From Trichodelitschia bisporula (taxonomy: Eukaryota): 64,000 bases of DNA. This document shows, one piece after another, positions 47,150-60,420 of the stretch. The notes beneath the pieces are model-generated. The model saw only the letters and a program-made list of their open reading frames with translations. It had not been told where the DNA came from and searched no databases. The stretch lies in the NCBI GenBank assembly GCA_010356995.1, contig ML996691.1, forward strand, positions 316,174 through 380,173, written 5' to 3'. Positions within the stretch are counted from its first letter, which is position 1, and every line of letters starts with the position of its first letter. The position numbers and the translations under genes are program-made.

Positions 47150-50100
47150 GGTGATTGGCCAGCGCTCGTACCTCCTGCAGCCACCTTTGTGGGGCGTTGG
47201 GATGGGGGGAGAGTGTGTGGTGGAGAAGAGGGAGCGGGGGATTGGGAGGGGGAGAATATCGGGTAAGGAGGGGGAGAGTACGAAGTTACTACGGTTAGTT
47301 AGACCGTGGAAGGAAAAGCGGGATACCGGATTGGTGGGAGAGGGTGGATGAAGAAGCCAAGGCTGGTTCGGTGGTGGTATTAGTGGCGCCGGGGGGGAGG
47401 GGAGGGGGAATGGAGTGGTGAACTGGGGGGCCGGTGAGAAGAGATAGAAGTAGATGTGGAGGGAGGGGTGGGATATGATGTGTATGGACAAGAATATGAA
47501 GAAGTTTTTGGTGGAAGGGGAGCGAGTAAGGTTAGACTCCTCGATACGCGAAGGACTATCCTATGGAAGGATAAGCAGCTCTCGAAGGCTGATGGAATTT
47601 GCTTGATGTGGAGTTGCTTGAGGTGGGTGGCTGCACCAGCACGAGTCGACGACGGGTTAATGCTGCAGCTGGCGGCGCCGACAACGACGGACTCGCTGAC
47701 AGCATTACGAGCGGCCTTCTAGCGCAAAAATGCCCGTCTTTTCGTTCGTCGATGATGTAGAGGGGTAGGGCGGTTGTGGAGGGTGGAGGATGAAGGTGGA
47801 TGGTTGAGGTTGGTGGTGGTTGATACAGTGCTAGGAGAGGGGCATAGGATTGTGTCGTTGGTATGGACTGTGTGGTCTGGATTGCGTGCGTTGTATGGTG
47901 GATGGACCTGCAAGCCAGAGGAGAAGGTATGTACTGTGGTACTGCAGGATAGGAATTGCTGGAGATGATGGTCGTTGGGAGGGAGATAGCAGTAGTGGAG
48001 TCGTGGTAGTGGAGGTCGTACCCGTAGTGGAGTGGTGGGACAGCGGGTAAGGGAGAACAACAACGGGATTGTACTCCTCAACCACAACAGTGAGCACAAA
48101 GTGTTACACTGATCTTCGGGTAGCTGAAGAGGCCGAACAACCACCTGAAAGAGCAAATGGAAAGGAAAGGGGAGAGAGAGAGGAGACAATCAGATACAAG
48201 TACGAAGCGTAGATCCCTTCACTCCTTCGCCGGGGATGGCAGTTGGCTCGACTGATATACAAAAGCCTTGTCTGTTGCTCTGTCGACCATCTCGTGCACT
48301 TTTCCAAGTCAGTCGACAAGGTCTACGTACTATGGTACTCTCACTCACACTCCTCTGAGTTGCTCGTCGCCGGGATATCAGTGGTAAGATGAGGGCCGGT
48401 GTGGTTAATGCTACAGTACCCCTCCCCTCCTCACTCTCTATCCCCCCTCCTCACTCTCTATCCCCCCTCCACTGCCCTCTCTGTTCTCCATCTCTTGCCC
48501 TCCTCCAAACGTACACTCGCTCATACTCGCTCACTCCCGTACCCCTCATCCCCCCCACTCCATACTCCACATCACGCCCTCATGCTCCCCGAATCACATC
48601 CCTCCAAAGCTCCCGCCTCTGCAGACAACAGGCAGAGCCGAGAACAAGGGCGCGAACGTTGCATGTATCTTTGGATATGTTCATGGGACAGGTACATACC
48701 TCCCCCCCAGCAAACAACCTGACCAGGCCGGGGCCGCCACGGGCCCATCTGCCCACATGGATGATGCATCGACAACTCCCCTCCCCCCGTCCAACCGCGT
48801 TACATCAAAGGTACTTCCAGGGGCAGCCCAGCAGGCAACGGGTACTCGTGGACAAGTACCGTTGAGGCCTCGTATCGCGCGGCCCTCACCGGCGCGGTAC
48901 GTACCAGGTACCAGCCATGGTATCAACCATTCATGCCAGCCAGTCGTCGTCAGCTGCCTCGCAGCTTACAGTCTTCGTTTCAGCGTTCGCGCACTTCAAC
49001 TTCCCCACTGGCCCGCCCCATCGTGAGAAGTGGGGTAAACCCACCGCTCAGAGTCAGTTCGCACCCCATCCCACCGCCATATCGTGCCCACACCCGCCCT
49101 CCATCCCGCCTTCCACACCCCTTCTATCCTTCTCCCGCCTTCGCCACCTCGACACAAACCGCCCGTCGCTCGCTCGCATCCCGTCCGTGTGGCGGCCACG
49201 CGCCTGCACTCGCCCGCAAGCGCAGAGTCCAGCCGCGCGCCGCTCGAGCTACTCCCCCTTCTGCTCGACGGAGGCAAACACGGAGTGACTGTTCGAGTCG
49301 TCCCTTCCTCCTCCATTCGCGTAGCTACTCCGTCTTCGTGCTCGAGTGCAGAAGCGGCGCTGCCATCACCCCGCTTCCTGCCATTCCTTCCCCCACCACG
49401 TCTCGATCTGTGATCCAACAACCCCCCCGCCATCCAGCAAGCAAACGCCGGCCGCGCGCCGACCACCCCCCCCCCCATCCTCCCGTCTGCACCCGCCCAA
49501 AATGGGCATCAACGCGCCGGAGCCAAATCCTGCCGCAACACCACCGTACCCATCCCACCCTCGCTCCATCCTCCCCAATCCGAGCCTCCTCATGCCGCTT
49601 TCTGGCATCCAATAGCCCGATCGAGTCAACCGTTGGGACGCAGCTCGTATCCTACCCAACCCCCAACCCCGACCCCGTCCCCCAAACCTGATCCCATCGT
49701 CTTGGGAATGAAGCCATCAGGAAATACGACGCGCGCCTCGCCATCCGCCGCGTATCGCGCGCGCAAAAAGCGGCTGCGGGGGCGGGGACGGAACCGGGGA
49801 TCAACGAGCAGCACGAGCCCCTCTGGGGTCGCTCAAAGGAAAATTACCCTCACAGCAACGTGTGACTGGCCGGTGCGGGGGGGATGCGGAGACGGTCGGC
49901 AGCGGGCGCGGACGGGGAAAGGAAAGGCTCTGTGCGACTTGCCCTTTTGCGGTGCCTCTGCAGAGACCCTGCGGTGTGGGAATAGAGGCGTGAAGATTCA
50001 TGGGACGACCTTGTTGATTCGCAGCGCGCGGCCTGCGCAGTGGGTTGGAGGATTTGCCGGGATGTACGGAGTAGTGAGGCGCGGCAAGGCACGCTCTCTG

Positions 50101-53100
50101 CGCGGCCTTTCGTGGATCGCCGGAGATATTGGGAAAGAAAACAAAAGAAGAAGCGCCGCTAGTCGTTCTTCACCCGCCCCCCCTCCACAAGCCGCGGCGG
50201 TGGCTAGCCGATCAGCGGCGCGGGTACGACTCGGGGAGCAGAACGAAGGGGATGGAAATGGTTCAGAAGGCGCACAGAACGAATGGGTCCGGCTCGAGAA
50301 GGCCTGGCGAAGGAGATTGAGTGCGCCAAGGGCGCCCGCTGTCTCAGCGTCAGCCTGGGTGGTGAGCTCCTTACCGATGATGGCTTCATCCGCTTCCTCT
50401 CCGCAATTCATCCCCCGCCCCCGCCATCTGCCTCTGTTCAGGCTCTCACCCCCAGTAACTCTGTTCCCTGTTCCCCATATTCGTAGCCCACCATTGTACG
50501 TAGCATTCTCCCTCTCTTTACTCCCATTCAAAACGTGAGGGTACTCCGTCCAATGTACGGAGTACGCCATTACAATCCACAACTGCAAATGATAGGAGCA
50601 ACGGCTCTTGTGTGACAAGGCAACTTTAGAACTGAAGATTGAAGTAGAAGACAGAGAGGAAGAGAGTCGGAGACTCTCGAGACTTAAAAGCACGATGCCA
50701 AGTATCCTCCTTTGCTCCTTCCTTCTATCATGCTCCCATTACCTCCGTACATCATGTCCCTTCCTTACATACTACGTACAGTAAGAATGCTCCTACATCA
50801 GCAAAACGCACAGCGGAAACAGGGAAGCTTGAACTGTGTTGTTGCGCGGGGTGCAATCTGCAGATCCGGGGAACGAAATGCTTTTGTCTTCTTCTTCCCC
50901 TCATCTGTTCCCCGTAAGCTCTTTCCGTGCGCACGAAGTATGAACAACCAAACAACCCCCCCCCGGCCACGATGTAAGGATCTACGATGGTACCAAACCC
51001 CAGCCCTTGTACCGCAGTACACCGCAGCGGCAGCATGCCCGCCAGACGTCGGTGACGCCCTCCCCAACAGGCGTACCGTAGATGTAGATCCGAGCACGCA
51101 GCGCGCCCGCATCCATCCCATCCATTCCCGCCCCATTCAGGCCAACGAGCCCACCCATACCGGAGCGGTCACGTTCGCCTGCATCCGCGCGGCGTTTCAG
51201 GTTCGAAGCACGGTTTGAGCGGTGCTGCTCGCGTCGTTCGTCGTGCCATTCGCTCGTCTCCGCACGTGAATGCTGCAGACCTATCGACGACCGGCCGCCA
51301 GACCAAAGAAACACCGTATCTACTGCTGCATGCATTGCGCCAGCTCCAGCGTATCTCGTCCAGCGTGCCCCTCGCCCTAGCCATCCGCAGCGAGGTTGGT
51401 CAGCGCTGCCGACAGCCGAGCGTACCGTACCGTAGCGGTGATATCGCCCCGCGCGGGTAAATCGGCGGCGATATTCGTTAGCATGGAGACCTCATCTCAT
51501 CTCCAAAACGCACTGCGCTGCGATCAAAACTATCACACGGCCATATCCTCCACTGCCTCCATAAACCCCCACCAGCCATACCCTTCCCGCATCTCCCCCC
51601 TCTCGCATTCTCCCCTCCCCGCCCCCCCCCGGGGCCCACAGCACGTGAACTGCATCTCCCTTCTCGAAAACGCAGCCCGCTGCACGCTGCACGCACGCAT
51701 GCCTAGTCTCGCGGCCTCGCGCTCATATACCCAATCATAAATCGGAGTGCAACTACCAATTACCGCGCGTTTTCCCTCCGTTCACTACGTACCAAGTGAT
51801 GTGGGTATGGAAGGAGCATTGTTATGTCAGGAAGGAGTGCATGATTTGATGCGAGTATAACAGAAGGAAGGAGCAAAGGAGGATACTTAGCATCGTATAT
51901 TTTAAATCTCGAGAGTCTCTTCCTCTCTTCCTCTTCTACTTCAATCTTCACTTCACACAGATGCCGTGCCTGTGTACGAGCTTTGCTCCCATCACCAAGG
52001 CCGAGTATTCAGCTTCTGACAGACGCACATACAGGGAGCGGTACATGCAGGCAAGTAATCTTTCGAACCAGCCTTCTATGCCATCCCCTCGCAGCACGCA
52101 AAGCAGGCCACGAACGCCAGCCGAGGAACCCCCGCACTCAGAGCACCAGTCGTCGGCCCCAGAACAGGCCCATGTCAAAGTCCCGGTCGCCGACCGGGGC
52201 CTCACGAGGTGTGAGCGGGGATGGGCAGCGCAAAGCTTGAGACGAAGGGCGACACGGCGGGGTTGATCACCGGGACAGTCGTGCGGGGGGGAGAGGTACG
52301 CAGTACGTACTCTCTCTTCCTAAAATATATGCATCCCTTCGGTGCCTCGAAAGCGAAAGGCCGCTCCCGCGCGTATGCCCTCGAGCCTAGCGTCAGGCTG
52401 GGGACCCGCGTGCTCGCGCTCAGATTCGGCCCCCGGCCGCCGGCTCGCTCGTGTACCGTACCTTGCATGGCCCGCGCCCCGTGGATAAAAACGAGCGGTA
52501 TATGGACCGTATTATATACCCAGCCGGAGGTGGTGAAGTCGGCATTCTAGGCGCTGCTAACACCGACCCAAGTCCCGTGCCGCAAGGTTGGGACCTCAGG
52601 CATCTCCAATGCCCGCGCCAACAAGCAGGATTTAGCTTTCCCGAAGTTTGGTAGCGAAGGCTCAAGCCTCGATTTGTACAGCCGGTGTCGCGATTTTGGT
52701 AGCGAAGGGACGAGCCTCGAGGTTCCCCATCCAGTGTCGTGATTGCAGAATCCGTGGTCCTATTCCCACGACCGCACCGCACTCCTCCCCACCCCCACAA
52801 ACGCAAGTACCTAATACGTATACCTGACGTGACCGGGTACATACTTACCCCGTTGGTCCAGCGTTGCCCTCCAAGGGTACGTACCCATCCATCTCGAGAC
52901 GCCCATGCCCGCAGCCTCGCATAACCCAGGCTTCTCTCTCGGATCGCACGCGATAAGGGCGACATCGCCGAGGGCCCACTCCCATGACGCATGCAAGCAT
53001 TTAAGATGAGGACACCGCGATACCCGCCAGGGGTAGGGCGGGCGGGTAGGAAGTGGAGGCGCGGGGTGCGATCAAAAGACGTACGCACCTCCGCCATGCG

Positions 53101-54356
53101 ACAGCATCCCGCCTCCGCCTCACCCCACGGGGTCTCACCCGCCCGCGTCTCTGAGTCGCGTTCCCCGCAGTGACGCTCGAGCGGGTGGGGGTTTAAACTT
53201 CACACCTCAGTCCGTGACAGCCACCCAACGAGCGAGCGCCGAGCCCCGCGCGCAGGGACACTTAGTACGCGCGTATATACCCCTGACACCGCGAGGACCG
53301 GGGATACAGGCCATGGTATGCGACCCCGGGTCGCACCTGCCTTCCAGGACCGGGTCGGTTAGAAGGCATGGGGGAAGCGAAAACATACGCAGCGGCAAGC
53401 TATGGGGAAAAGAATCGGAGCCACGCGCAGTACAGTATCGTACATATGCCCCCCGGCTGGAGTACCAACTGAGGGCCTGCTTCAGGCCCAGGCACAAGTC
53501 GTGATTGCGCTCGATCGCCGCTCGCTTCGCCACTCCTGGAAAGATGGGATGGAGGGGAATAAAGCCCGAGCGATCGCTCGTAGTCGTTCCTCTGCCGATC
53601 TGTTCGTGTTATCCGAGAATAGATCCACGGGTCTGGGCGGTACCTGGCTAATGTACCGTGGCATCAGCTCGGTCCACTGCGGGGTCGCACGGAGATGCCG
53701 TACCCCGCTCTTTACTGAGGGCGACTGAGGGACAAGAGTGGGTAGGGCGGGGGAGGCTGAGGGGTATGAAGCACAGGGCGTTAGAAACACCAAACATCGG
53801 CAGGAAGGTGGGGTGCAAGGTTTTCTCGGTCGCAGGAAGCGACATGCTTGATCGTTGACGTTAGTAGAACAGCCGACCTTAAAGCTTTTGGAGACATGTT
53901 TCACGGCCGGATGTTGGCCGCCGCTGATATAAACGGCATGCATGTGGGGCAGCGGTGAGTAGAGCCGATGTCCCAAACAATCGCATGAAGTCTAGATTTC
54001 GAGGAATGGACCGATGTTTGTCAAGGCGAAACACATGATGACGAAGGTTCAGGGCCAGCAAGAGCGCAGAGTTTCCGAGTGCGACAAGACGGTGTCATTG
54101 CCTGCGCGGAACCTGCTCAATAAGATACTTTCGAGTCAAGATAGCATCTGCGAGGTGACTGGTAACGGACTGCAAACCTGCATCCCAACTGAGTCCGTCA
54201 CAGTGCTCCACGCAGTATGCCCCACTCTATGCTTCCTAGGCTTTCGAAGACCATGGATATCAGTCCCAAACACCATCCAGTGCCAAATTCCTAAAACGCC
54301 GGTATTACATGCGGAGTTGTGTCCAAGGCCGGTAAGCCATGCCGCGAGCCCTATCT

Positions 54357-55421
54357 TCACCTCTTGAACCTTCCCATGACCGTCTTCTTCCGCTTGGCAA
54401 ACTGAGCTCCAAACCTCTCCCCCTCTCCATCGCCCGTCCGCTCTCTCTTCCGGCTCCTCTCCAGTCCGCCCTCGCCCTCCTTCCGCTTGGTGAGACGCTC
54501 GATACGGTCCAACCCTACGCCCAGACCCCTCCAGTCCTCTCCGCCAAACCCATTCTCCCGCGGCCCCATCTTCTTACGATCCTTCTTGCTCTCCTTGGGT
54601 AAACGCACAAAGTTTGACTCTTCGTACACCCGCTTTGCTTCGTCTTCCGCGCGCTCTTTGGCAGACTTGCTCCGCCGACCGCCTTGCACGATGGTGCTAC
54701 CGATGCTGGGCTCAGCCATGGGCGCCGTCGACATCTCGTTCGCGATGAATTCGTCGAGGGTGGCTGACTTGCCCGGCCGCGCGGTGCGGGCTTCGGCGGG
54801 ACGTGACACAGGCATCATGACAGGATTGAGGCGCGGCGGTCTGTAGAGACCATCGGACGGCTCTTCTTTGTCGGCGTCTTCGGTCTCGGGGCGCATGAAT
54901 GCCGCGGGATTGGGGCGGTATGTGAGCTCGTCGGCGTCTTCGTCAGACACAGTGGCATCTGCTTCGGCGTCGCTGACGTCGCTAGCATCGCCTGCCTTCG
55001 TTTTGGTCTTGCCGTTGGTGTGGGGCCGAACTGGCAGCTGTGTTGCGGCATTGACCTCCATCGTGGCGCGGAGGACCTTGTCGATCTGGTACTTCAGCCG
55101 TCCTTCAAGTGGTTTTACGCCCTTTTCCAGATACAGCCGCGTCTCCACCAGCTTCTTCACAATGTCTTCGCGCCGTTGTTGGTAGGCCGATGTATCCAAC
55201 GCATCTGAGTCTTGTCCAGCCGAGTCTTTCAGCATCCGGATAGCATTAAGCTGCAGCAGATTGGTGTACATGACGTAGTGTAGGAGCAGTTCGTTCTTCA
55301 GTCCGAGAAGCGACATGCCATCTTTCGGTGGCGCAGAGTTTGCGGGTTCCGGTACGCTTTTGGCAGCTGCTTCCAGTGACTCGCTGAGATCTGAAAGCAG
55401 TGTAGATATTGAGGTCTCCAT
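54357..55421 (-). CDS. LCP5: U3 snoRNP / SSU processome protein Lcp5 (Sas10/Utp3/C1D family, neuroguidin-like)
   Basis: GMSLLGLKNELLLHY, RLYLEKGVKPLEGRLKYQIDKVL, GLYRPPRL, YEESNFVRLP. Confidence 0.88.
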   Translation of the reverse strand: METSISTLLSDLSESLEAAAKSVPEPANSAPPKDGMSLLGLKNELLLHYVMYTNLLQLNAIRMLKDSAGQDSDALDTSAYQQRREDIVKKLVETRLYLEKGVKPLEGRLKYQIDKVLRATMEVNAATQLPVRPHTNGKTKTKAGDASDVSDAEADATVSDEDADELTYRPNPAAFMRPETEDADKEEPSDGLYRPPRLNPVMMPVSRPAEARTARPGKSATLDEFIANEMSTAPMAEPSIGSTIVQGGRRSKSAKERAEDEAKRVYEESNFVRLPKESKKDRKKMGPRENGFGGEDWRGLGVGLDRIERLTKRKEGEGGLERSRKRERTGDGEGERFGAQFAKRKKTVMGRFKR

Positions 55422-56031
55422 GGTGGCAAGATTGGTGGTGCTCCTCCGTTCTCGACTTGAGGTTTGTTGGGTGGTCGATGCGGTTCGCGTGAAGTTTGGT
55501 GATGGAAAAAAATGGCCCAGGCCTCGTCGCGCTAGCTCGATATGGGTGGATGCTTATCGATAACAAATCGGACGCTAACCATAACAGGAATGCTAGCTTC
55601 CCGGTCAATTACCCGGCACAACTCTACCCTGCTGAATCTCTCACGGAGTGATAGCGAGGGGACTCCACTGAGTGTCGACCGACATCGGGTCGGAATTTTT
55701 GCTATGAATAACGTCGAACGCTTTTCCCTACTGCTCAAACTCAACCATGTGTCTTGAAAACGTAAGCTCCTCATCAAATGCGGTTCAGCCGTGGCTAACT
55801 CAGCCTTGGTGGCATCTCTTTCTTCCAGGCTACATACAAGTCCACAGTACAGCAACAAGACCTTTAGTTAGTGATGAAGTCCGGATCTTCAAGTACAAGT
55901 TCATTTTCTGCAGGGGATGTCGAACGAAGACAGAGAGACGTTATCGTGGTTATTGATGCATATATAAAGCCGACCTATTGGTAGATAGGCCTTTGCAGAG
56001 CATCATCGTCTCCCACAACCTGCCGCAAGTC

Positions 56032-56682
56032 CTACGTTGCCTTCCCCTCCTTCCACTCCTTCACTTCCTCCCTCTCCACATGCCTGACATGACTGACCCG
56101 CGCAGGCCTTCCACTCTTTGCCGCATCCACAATCTCCCTCCCAGTACTCCCCCCCTCCGATATCTGCAGCCCATACTGCACCGTAACAACGTGCACCCGA
56201 ATCACTCCCACCCTCGGATCCTCTGGCCCACCATCATGCGTCCCATCCCCCAAATCGCCCACCCACGCTTTCAGGGCCGGACTGTAATACTTGCGCACCG
56301 CCGTACGATCATCCACCACCTCCGCCCGGCCTGAGACACTAGCCCACGAGCCCTGGGGATTGATAAAGGCGAGATTGACATCCGAGTCCGAGCGCAGGTC
56401 GTCAGTCTTCCCGCTCGTTAGGTTGGTGTGGAATATGAGCGTCGCGCCGTTGTCTTCCTGCTGGGGGTTAGAGACGGAATATGGGGGGGCGGGGGAACGT
56501 ACTTCAGCGGCAAGCGCCATGCACCGCGAGACAAGCAGCCCGCTGCTATCCTCCCGCGTCGTCATCATGCAAAACTTAGTCGCGCGGATGAAGCTCTGCA
56601 GATCGGCGATTTTGCGCCGTAGCGGCGGGTCTTCAAGGTTCTTGTCGAGGTACGGGTCGCTATGGGGTTCGGAGGAAGACAT
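56032..56682 (-). CDS. bli-3: BLI-3-like protein (pyridoxamine 5'-phosphate oxidase-like FMN-binding fold)
   Basis: KFCMMTTR, LVSRCMALAA, FHTNLTSGKTDDL, YYSPALKAWVGDLGDGTHDGGPEDPR; in-frame intron 56458/56461-56502. Confidence 0.85.
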   Translation of the reverse strand: MSSSEPHSDPYLDKNLEDPPLRRKIADLQSFIRATKFCMMTTREDSSGLLVSRCMALAAEVRSPAPPYSVSNPQQEDNGATLIFHTNLTSGKTDDLRSDSDVNLAFINPQGSWASVSGRAEVVDDRTAVRKYYSPALKAWVGDLGDGTHDGGPEDPRVGVIRVHVVTVQYGLQISEGGSTGREIVDAAKSGRPARVSHVRHVEREEVKEWKEGKAT

Positions 56683-57195
56683 GGCTGGTATGTTCGGAAT
56701 TACGTTTACGGTCGGTGTGAGGTGGAGTGAGAGGAGGGGTTTGCGGACATGAAGGGGAAGGAAGGGATGACGGGTATATAGCGTTTGGTAGTACCAATGA
56801 TGTCACTGATGTCATCGACGGCATCATGCCGCGATCCCCGCTGCGGGGTCAGGGGCCTGGAGATCGAATGGGCTTTATGGGGCACTTGGCCTTTGTCATG
56901 AAGTGGCTATGATTCGCTGCGTGATGTCGTCTGTTTGAGTGCGCTCGTAAGGCAGAGACGGGTAATTCATCGATTCGCGCGTGGTCACGTTTCGTTCGCT
57001 AGCTTTCCCGATCGGGAATATGCGCGCATCACAAAATGGAAGTTGAAGAAGATCGAATCTCGCCACGATGCTCCAAAGCCTTTGGTATGACAGAAAATCA
57101 AAGAGTCCGTGAAATAAGGCGTCCGTCTGAATAGCCGTCGTGGCTCGGACAGAACGCACGTCTAAACGCCCTCTAAGCCAACGATCCCCAAGCAT

Positions 57196-58926
57196 CTAAT
57201 CAAAGGTAATCTTCGTTGCCTTCTTCGTCTCATCCACCTCCTTGTAAAACGCGCCATACGCCGCATGCTCCTTCTTCTTGACTGTAGTGCCAAACTTCAT
57301 CAGCTCCTCCGGGACAGGTTGCTTCGCCGCCCGCAGAACATTGATCAACGCCCCACTCAACGCCTTATCGTGCTCCGTAAACAGCGTAATGGCCAGGCCA
57401 CTCAGCCCTGCGCGCCCAGTTCGCCCGATCCGATGCACGTAATCCTCAACCGTCAACGGAAACGTAACATTCACCACCGCCTTCACAGCCGGGATATCCA
57501 AACCGCGCGCCGCCACATCCGTCGCGACGAGGATGCGTACCTGGCCGCTGCGAAACGCCTCGAGCGCCTGTTCGCGCTGCCCCTGGCCTAAGTCACCGTG
57601 GATTGCGGCCACCTTCAGTCCGCGCCGCTGCAGCGTGCTTTCAACTCGTGCGGCCTCTTTTTTGTACAGGCAGAAGACAAGGACACGGTCGTCCTTCTTC
57701 GCTCCCTTCTGCAGCTGGTGTAGGAGCTCAACGAGGCGACCCTCCTTGGCGCGCGGTTCGACCACCTCGACGCGCTGCTCGATGCGGGTGTTGGCGCGGA
57801 GCTCGCCATCGGGGCTGTCGCCGACGACGACCCGAACGGTGTCGCGCATGAAACTGGCTGCAAGTGCACGCACCTCCGGTGGCCAGGTAGCAGTGAACAT
57901 GACCGTCTGGCGGCTCGCCGCGCTCCCAGTCGCACCCAGGATCTTCCGGATGTCCTGCTCGAAGCCTTTGTCCAGCATGCGGTCTGCCTCGTCCAGTACC
58001 ACAAAAGCTGCGGAGCTCAGGTCGGCGGAGCCATCGCTTACGAGATCGTTCAGCCGTCCAGGTGTCGCTACCACAATGGCCGCGCGCTTGAGTGCCGCAA
58101 TCTGCGGATCCTTGGGCACACCACCATACACGCACGCCACAGTTAGGCCGGCGGCTTCTGCAAGCGGGCCAAGTTGTACTGCGATCTGTGAGGCCAATTC
58201 GCGAGTCGGGGAGACGACGACGGCGCGAACGCCCTTGCGCTTCCCGGCTTGCGCATCGAGACGCTGGATGTGGCGCACAGCGGGCAGACCGAAGGCGAGT
58301 GTCTTGCCGGAGCCAGTCTCCGCAACTCCCACCAAGTCGCGTCCGGCTAGAAGGTAGGGCCAGGCGGCGGCTTGGATAGGAGTCGGTTTTGAGAAGCCGG
58401 AGAGGGGGGCGCGGAGAGCTTTGGGAAGGGTGAGATAGGCGAAGTCGAGGGCGGGGCGGTATGTGGTGCCCGGGGCAGTCATGGTGATTTGGTTGGTTGT
58501 GAGGTATGCATCGATTTCGGACTGCGGAAGTGCGGTCAGGGCGGCGGGCTGTGTGTAGGAGGCCATGGGGTCGAGGTCAGTGGTCTCGGTGGGTTCAACG
58601 GCGGCCGGCTCGACGGTGACCTCGGCGGCAAGTTTGGCTGCCTTCTTCGCGGCTTTTGCGGCCTTCTTTGCCTTCTTCTCGGCTTTGCGCTGGGCTTCTG
58701 TGTCGAGCGATTCGGTATCGTGGGAAGGTTCATCTTGCGGGGTGGACTCGGTCGACACTTTGTCCTTCTTGTCTTTCTTTTCCTTCTTGCTCTTCTCCTT
58801 CTTCTCCTTCTTCTCAGACTTGTCCTTCTTGACCTTCTTCTCTTTCACAACAACGGTCTCCTCAACGACCTTGACCTTCTTCCCTCCCCCCTCATGCTCC
58901 TCCTCGCGCACCCGTTTTGAAGCCAT
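57196..58926 (-). CDS. DBP3: ATP-dependent DEAD-box RNA helicase Dbp3
   Basis: Lys-rich N-terminus, [34 protein letters not shown] and the Dbp3-type C-terminus [18 protein letters not shown]...KITFD. Confidence 0.93.
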   Translation of the reverse strand: MASKRVREEEHEGGGKKVKVVEETVVVKEKKVKKDKSEKKEKKEKSKKEKKDKKDKVSTESTPQDEPSHDTESLDTEAQRKAEKKAKKAAKAAKKAAKLAAEVTVEPAAVEPTETTDLDPMASYTQPAALTALPQSEIDAYLTTNQITMTAPGTTYRPALDFAYLTLPKALRAPLSGFSKPTPIQAAAWPYLLAGRDLVGVAETGSGKTLAFGLPAVRHIQRLDAQAGKRKGVRAVVVSPTRELASQIAVQLGPLAEAAGLTVACVYGGVPKDPQIAALKRAAIVVATPGRLNDLVSDGSADLSSAAFVVLDEADRMLDKGFEQDIRKILGATGSAASRQTVMFTATWPPEVRALAASFMRDTVRVVVGDSPDGELRANTRIEQRVEVVEPRAKEGRLVELLHQLQKGAKKDDRVLVFCLYKKEAARVESTLQRRGLKVAAIHGDLGQGQREQALEAFRSGQVRILVATDVAARGLDIPAVKAVVNVTFPLTVEDYVHRIGRTGRAGLSGLAITLFTEHDKALSGALINVLRAAKQPVPEELMKFGTTVKKKEHAAYGAFYKEVDETKKATKITFD

Positions 58927-59329
58927 GATTAATGGCGCAGATTTAGCCTAGACACAAAAAATTGGAAGTGCGGCGTGGTCGTGCAGAGGTGTATGAGTTG
59001 GTAAAACGGGGTGCAGTAGAATATGTAGTTAAGTCGAGATCTCCAACCATGCCCTCAGATTTCGCGACAAACTTTTTTCCAACGCCATCGGCCAATTATT
59101 TTTCCGGTACGTGGCCACAGTCGAGACCCTAGTTCTACCGTAAGGCTCCACAAAACACCAAGCCCGTTTCGATCACCACTTCATAAAATGCTCGACTGTT
59201 TAAGCAATCCCCCCTACATCCTCCATCGATCATTCTCCATACCCCCATTTTATATTATACTTGTTTGCGTGTAAGCGCCGCATTGTACTTAACGATCTCC
59301 ATTTTTATATAGTACGTACTCGCCGAAGG

Positions 59330-60420
59330 AATGGCAATCCGTACCTAACAAACAGAAATTTTGTATAAAGGAACAAGTTGCCGTCAACACTGACGACGAA
59401 GCTGCTACCAGCCATGACGACTAGGTATGTGACCTGGGCTTGAAACGGTGGAGCCTGCTAACTGCCGCCATGAGTAGGCGCGCAACTCAAACCCACTTCT
59501 GAACGTCCTCGGTATCCGACATGTCAAGGACAGCACTCGTCTATAGCATTCTTTATGCACAGTCATTACCACTCATCCTCTCCAACAGCACCACAGGAGA
59601 ATGGTTATGAGGAAAGTGAGACGCCTTCATATGGAACCTGAAATCTTTCTCCCCTACATCAGCATTTGTCAAGAGCTCCTAGGACTAGTGGGGACGCCGG
59701 AGGAACCCAGCGGTCGGAATTCGAAGCGACATCTCATGGAAAACACTAAGACCATTACCACCACTATGAAATCTACGACGAATATGATGGTCAGTGGGTG
59801 GTCGTGCGATATCCCGCGAAGCCCAAAGGAAACCAACTGTCAGACGTCAAAGAAAGCATGGTACTCCAACCCAAGCTTTGTATAGCACTCGGACTCTCTC
59901 CATTTTCGGACATCCAGTCCATGCGGGGAAATGGAAAATGGAGAATATATGTACGTCTTAGATCTGCGAAGTCCGATATCTGCTTACCAGCTCAGAATTG
60001 TTATATACCACGGTCTATACATTGCGTGGCTGAAGACGGCGACTGCTTCCTCGTCGCCGCCTCCTACATGATGCTCTACGGCTACGCCATCAAATTTCGT
60101 TGAAGCTGCAGACGAAGATCGTCTCGCAGCTAGCGGAAGACCAAGAAGCGCGCCTGCGCACGATCGAAAAGCATCTCTTCTCCGAGAGCGGCATCTTGAC
60201 CACATTGAGGTCTACAACGCGCTCTGCCTCAAAGGCCTCAGATGCCGTGGCGCCCCTCAAGTCGCGTATTGCAAAGTCGCACGGCGAGGGTGCGATGTTG
60301 GAAGGCCTTTCCCACCAGATACTGACTGGGCCGCCGAAGGCGAAGACTGTCATCGCGAGTGCAGCCACAATCTGGACCTACGAGCGGACCATGAGCCTAC
60401 AATATGCCCGCTCCTAGCAG
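59330..60420 (+). pseudogene. Probable degraded gene (fragments weakly reminiscent of a BTB/POZ-type protein)
   Basis: Canonical intron 59424-59477 (GTATGT...GCTAAC...TAG) and broken protein-like frames (LHMEPEIFLPYI; YMMLYGYAIKF...LQTKIVSQL). Confidence 0.25.

Noticed and set aside
48389..50538. Medium-length ORFs in the region upstream of the transcription factor
   Set aside because: Low-complexity Pro/Arg/Ser translations from GC-skewed DNA, mostly non-ATG starts, no recognisable motifs or consistent exon structure.
52841..52900. U1 snRNA-like start ATACTTACC
   Set aside because: Not followed by U1 stem-loops (GATCA loop I, ATTGCAC loop II) or an Sm site.
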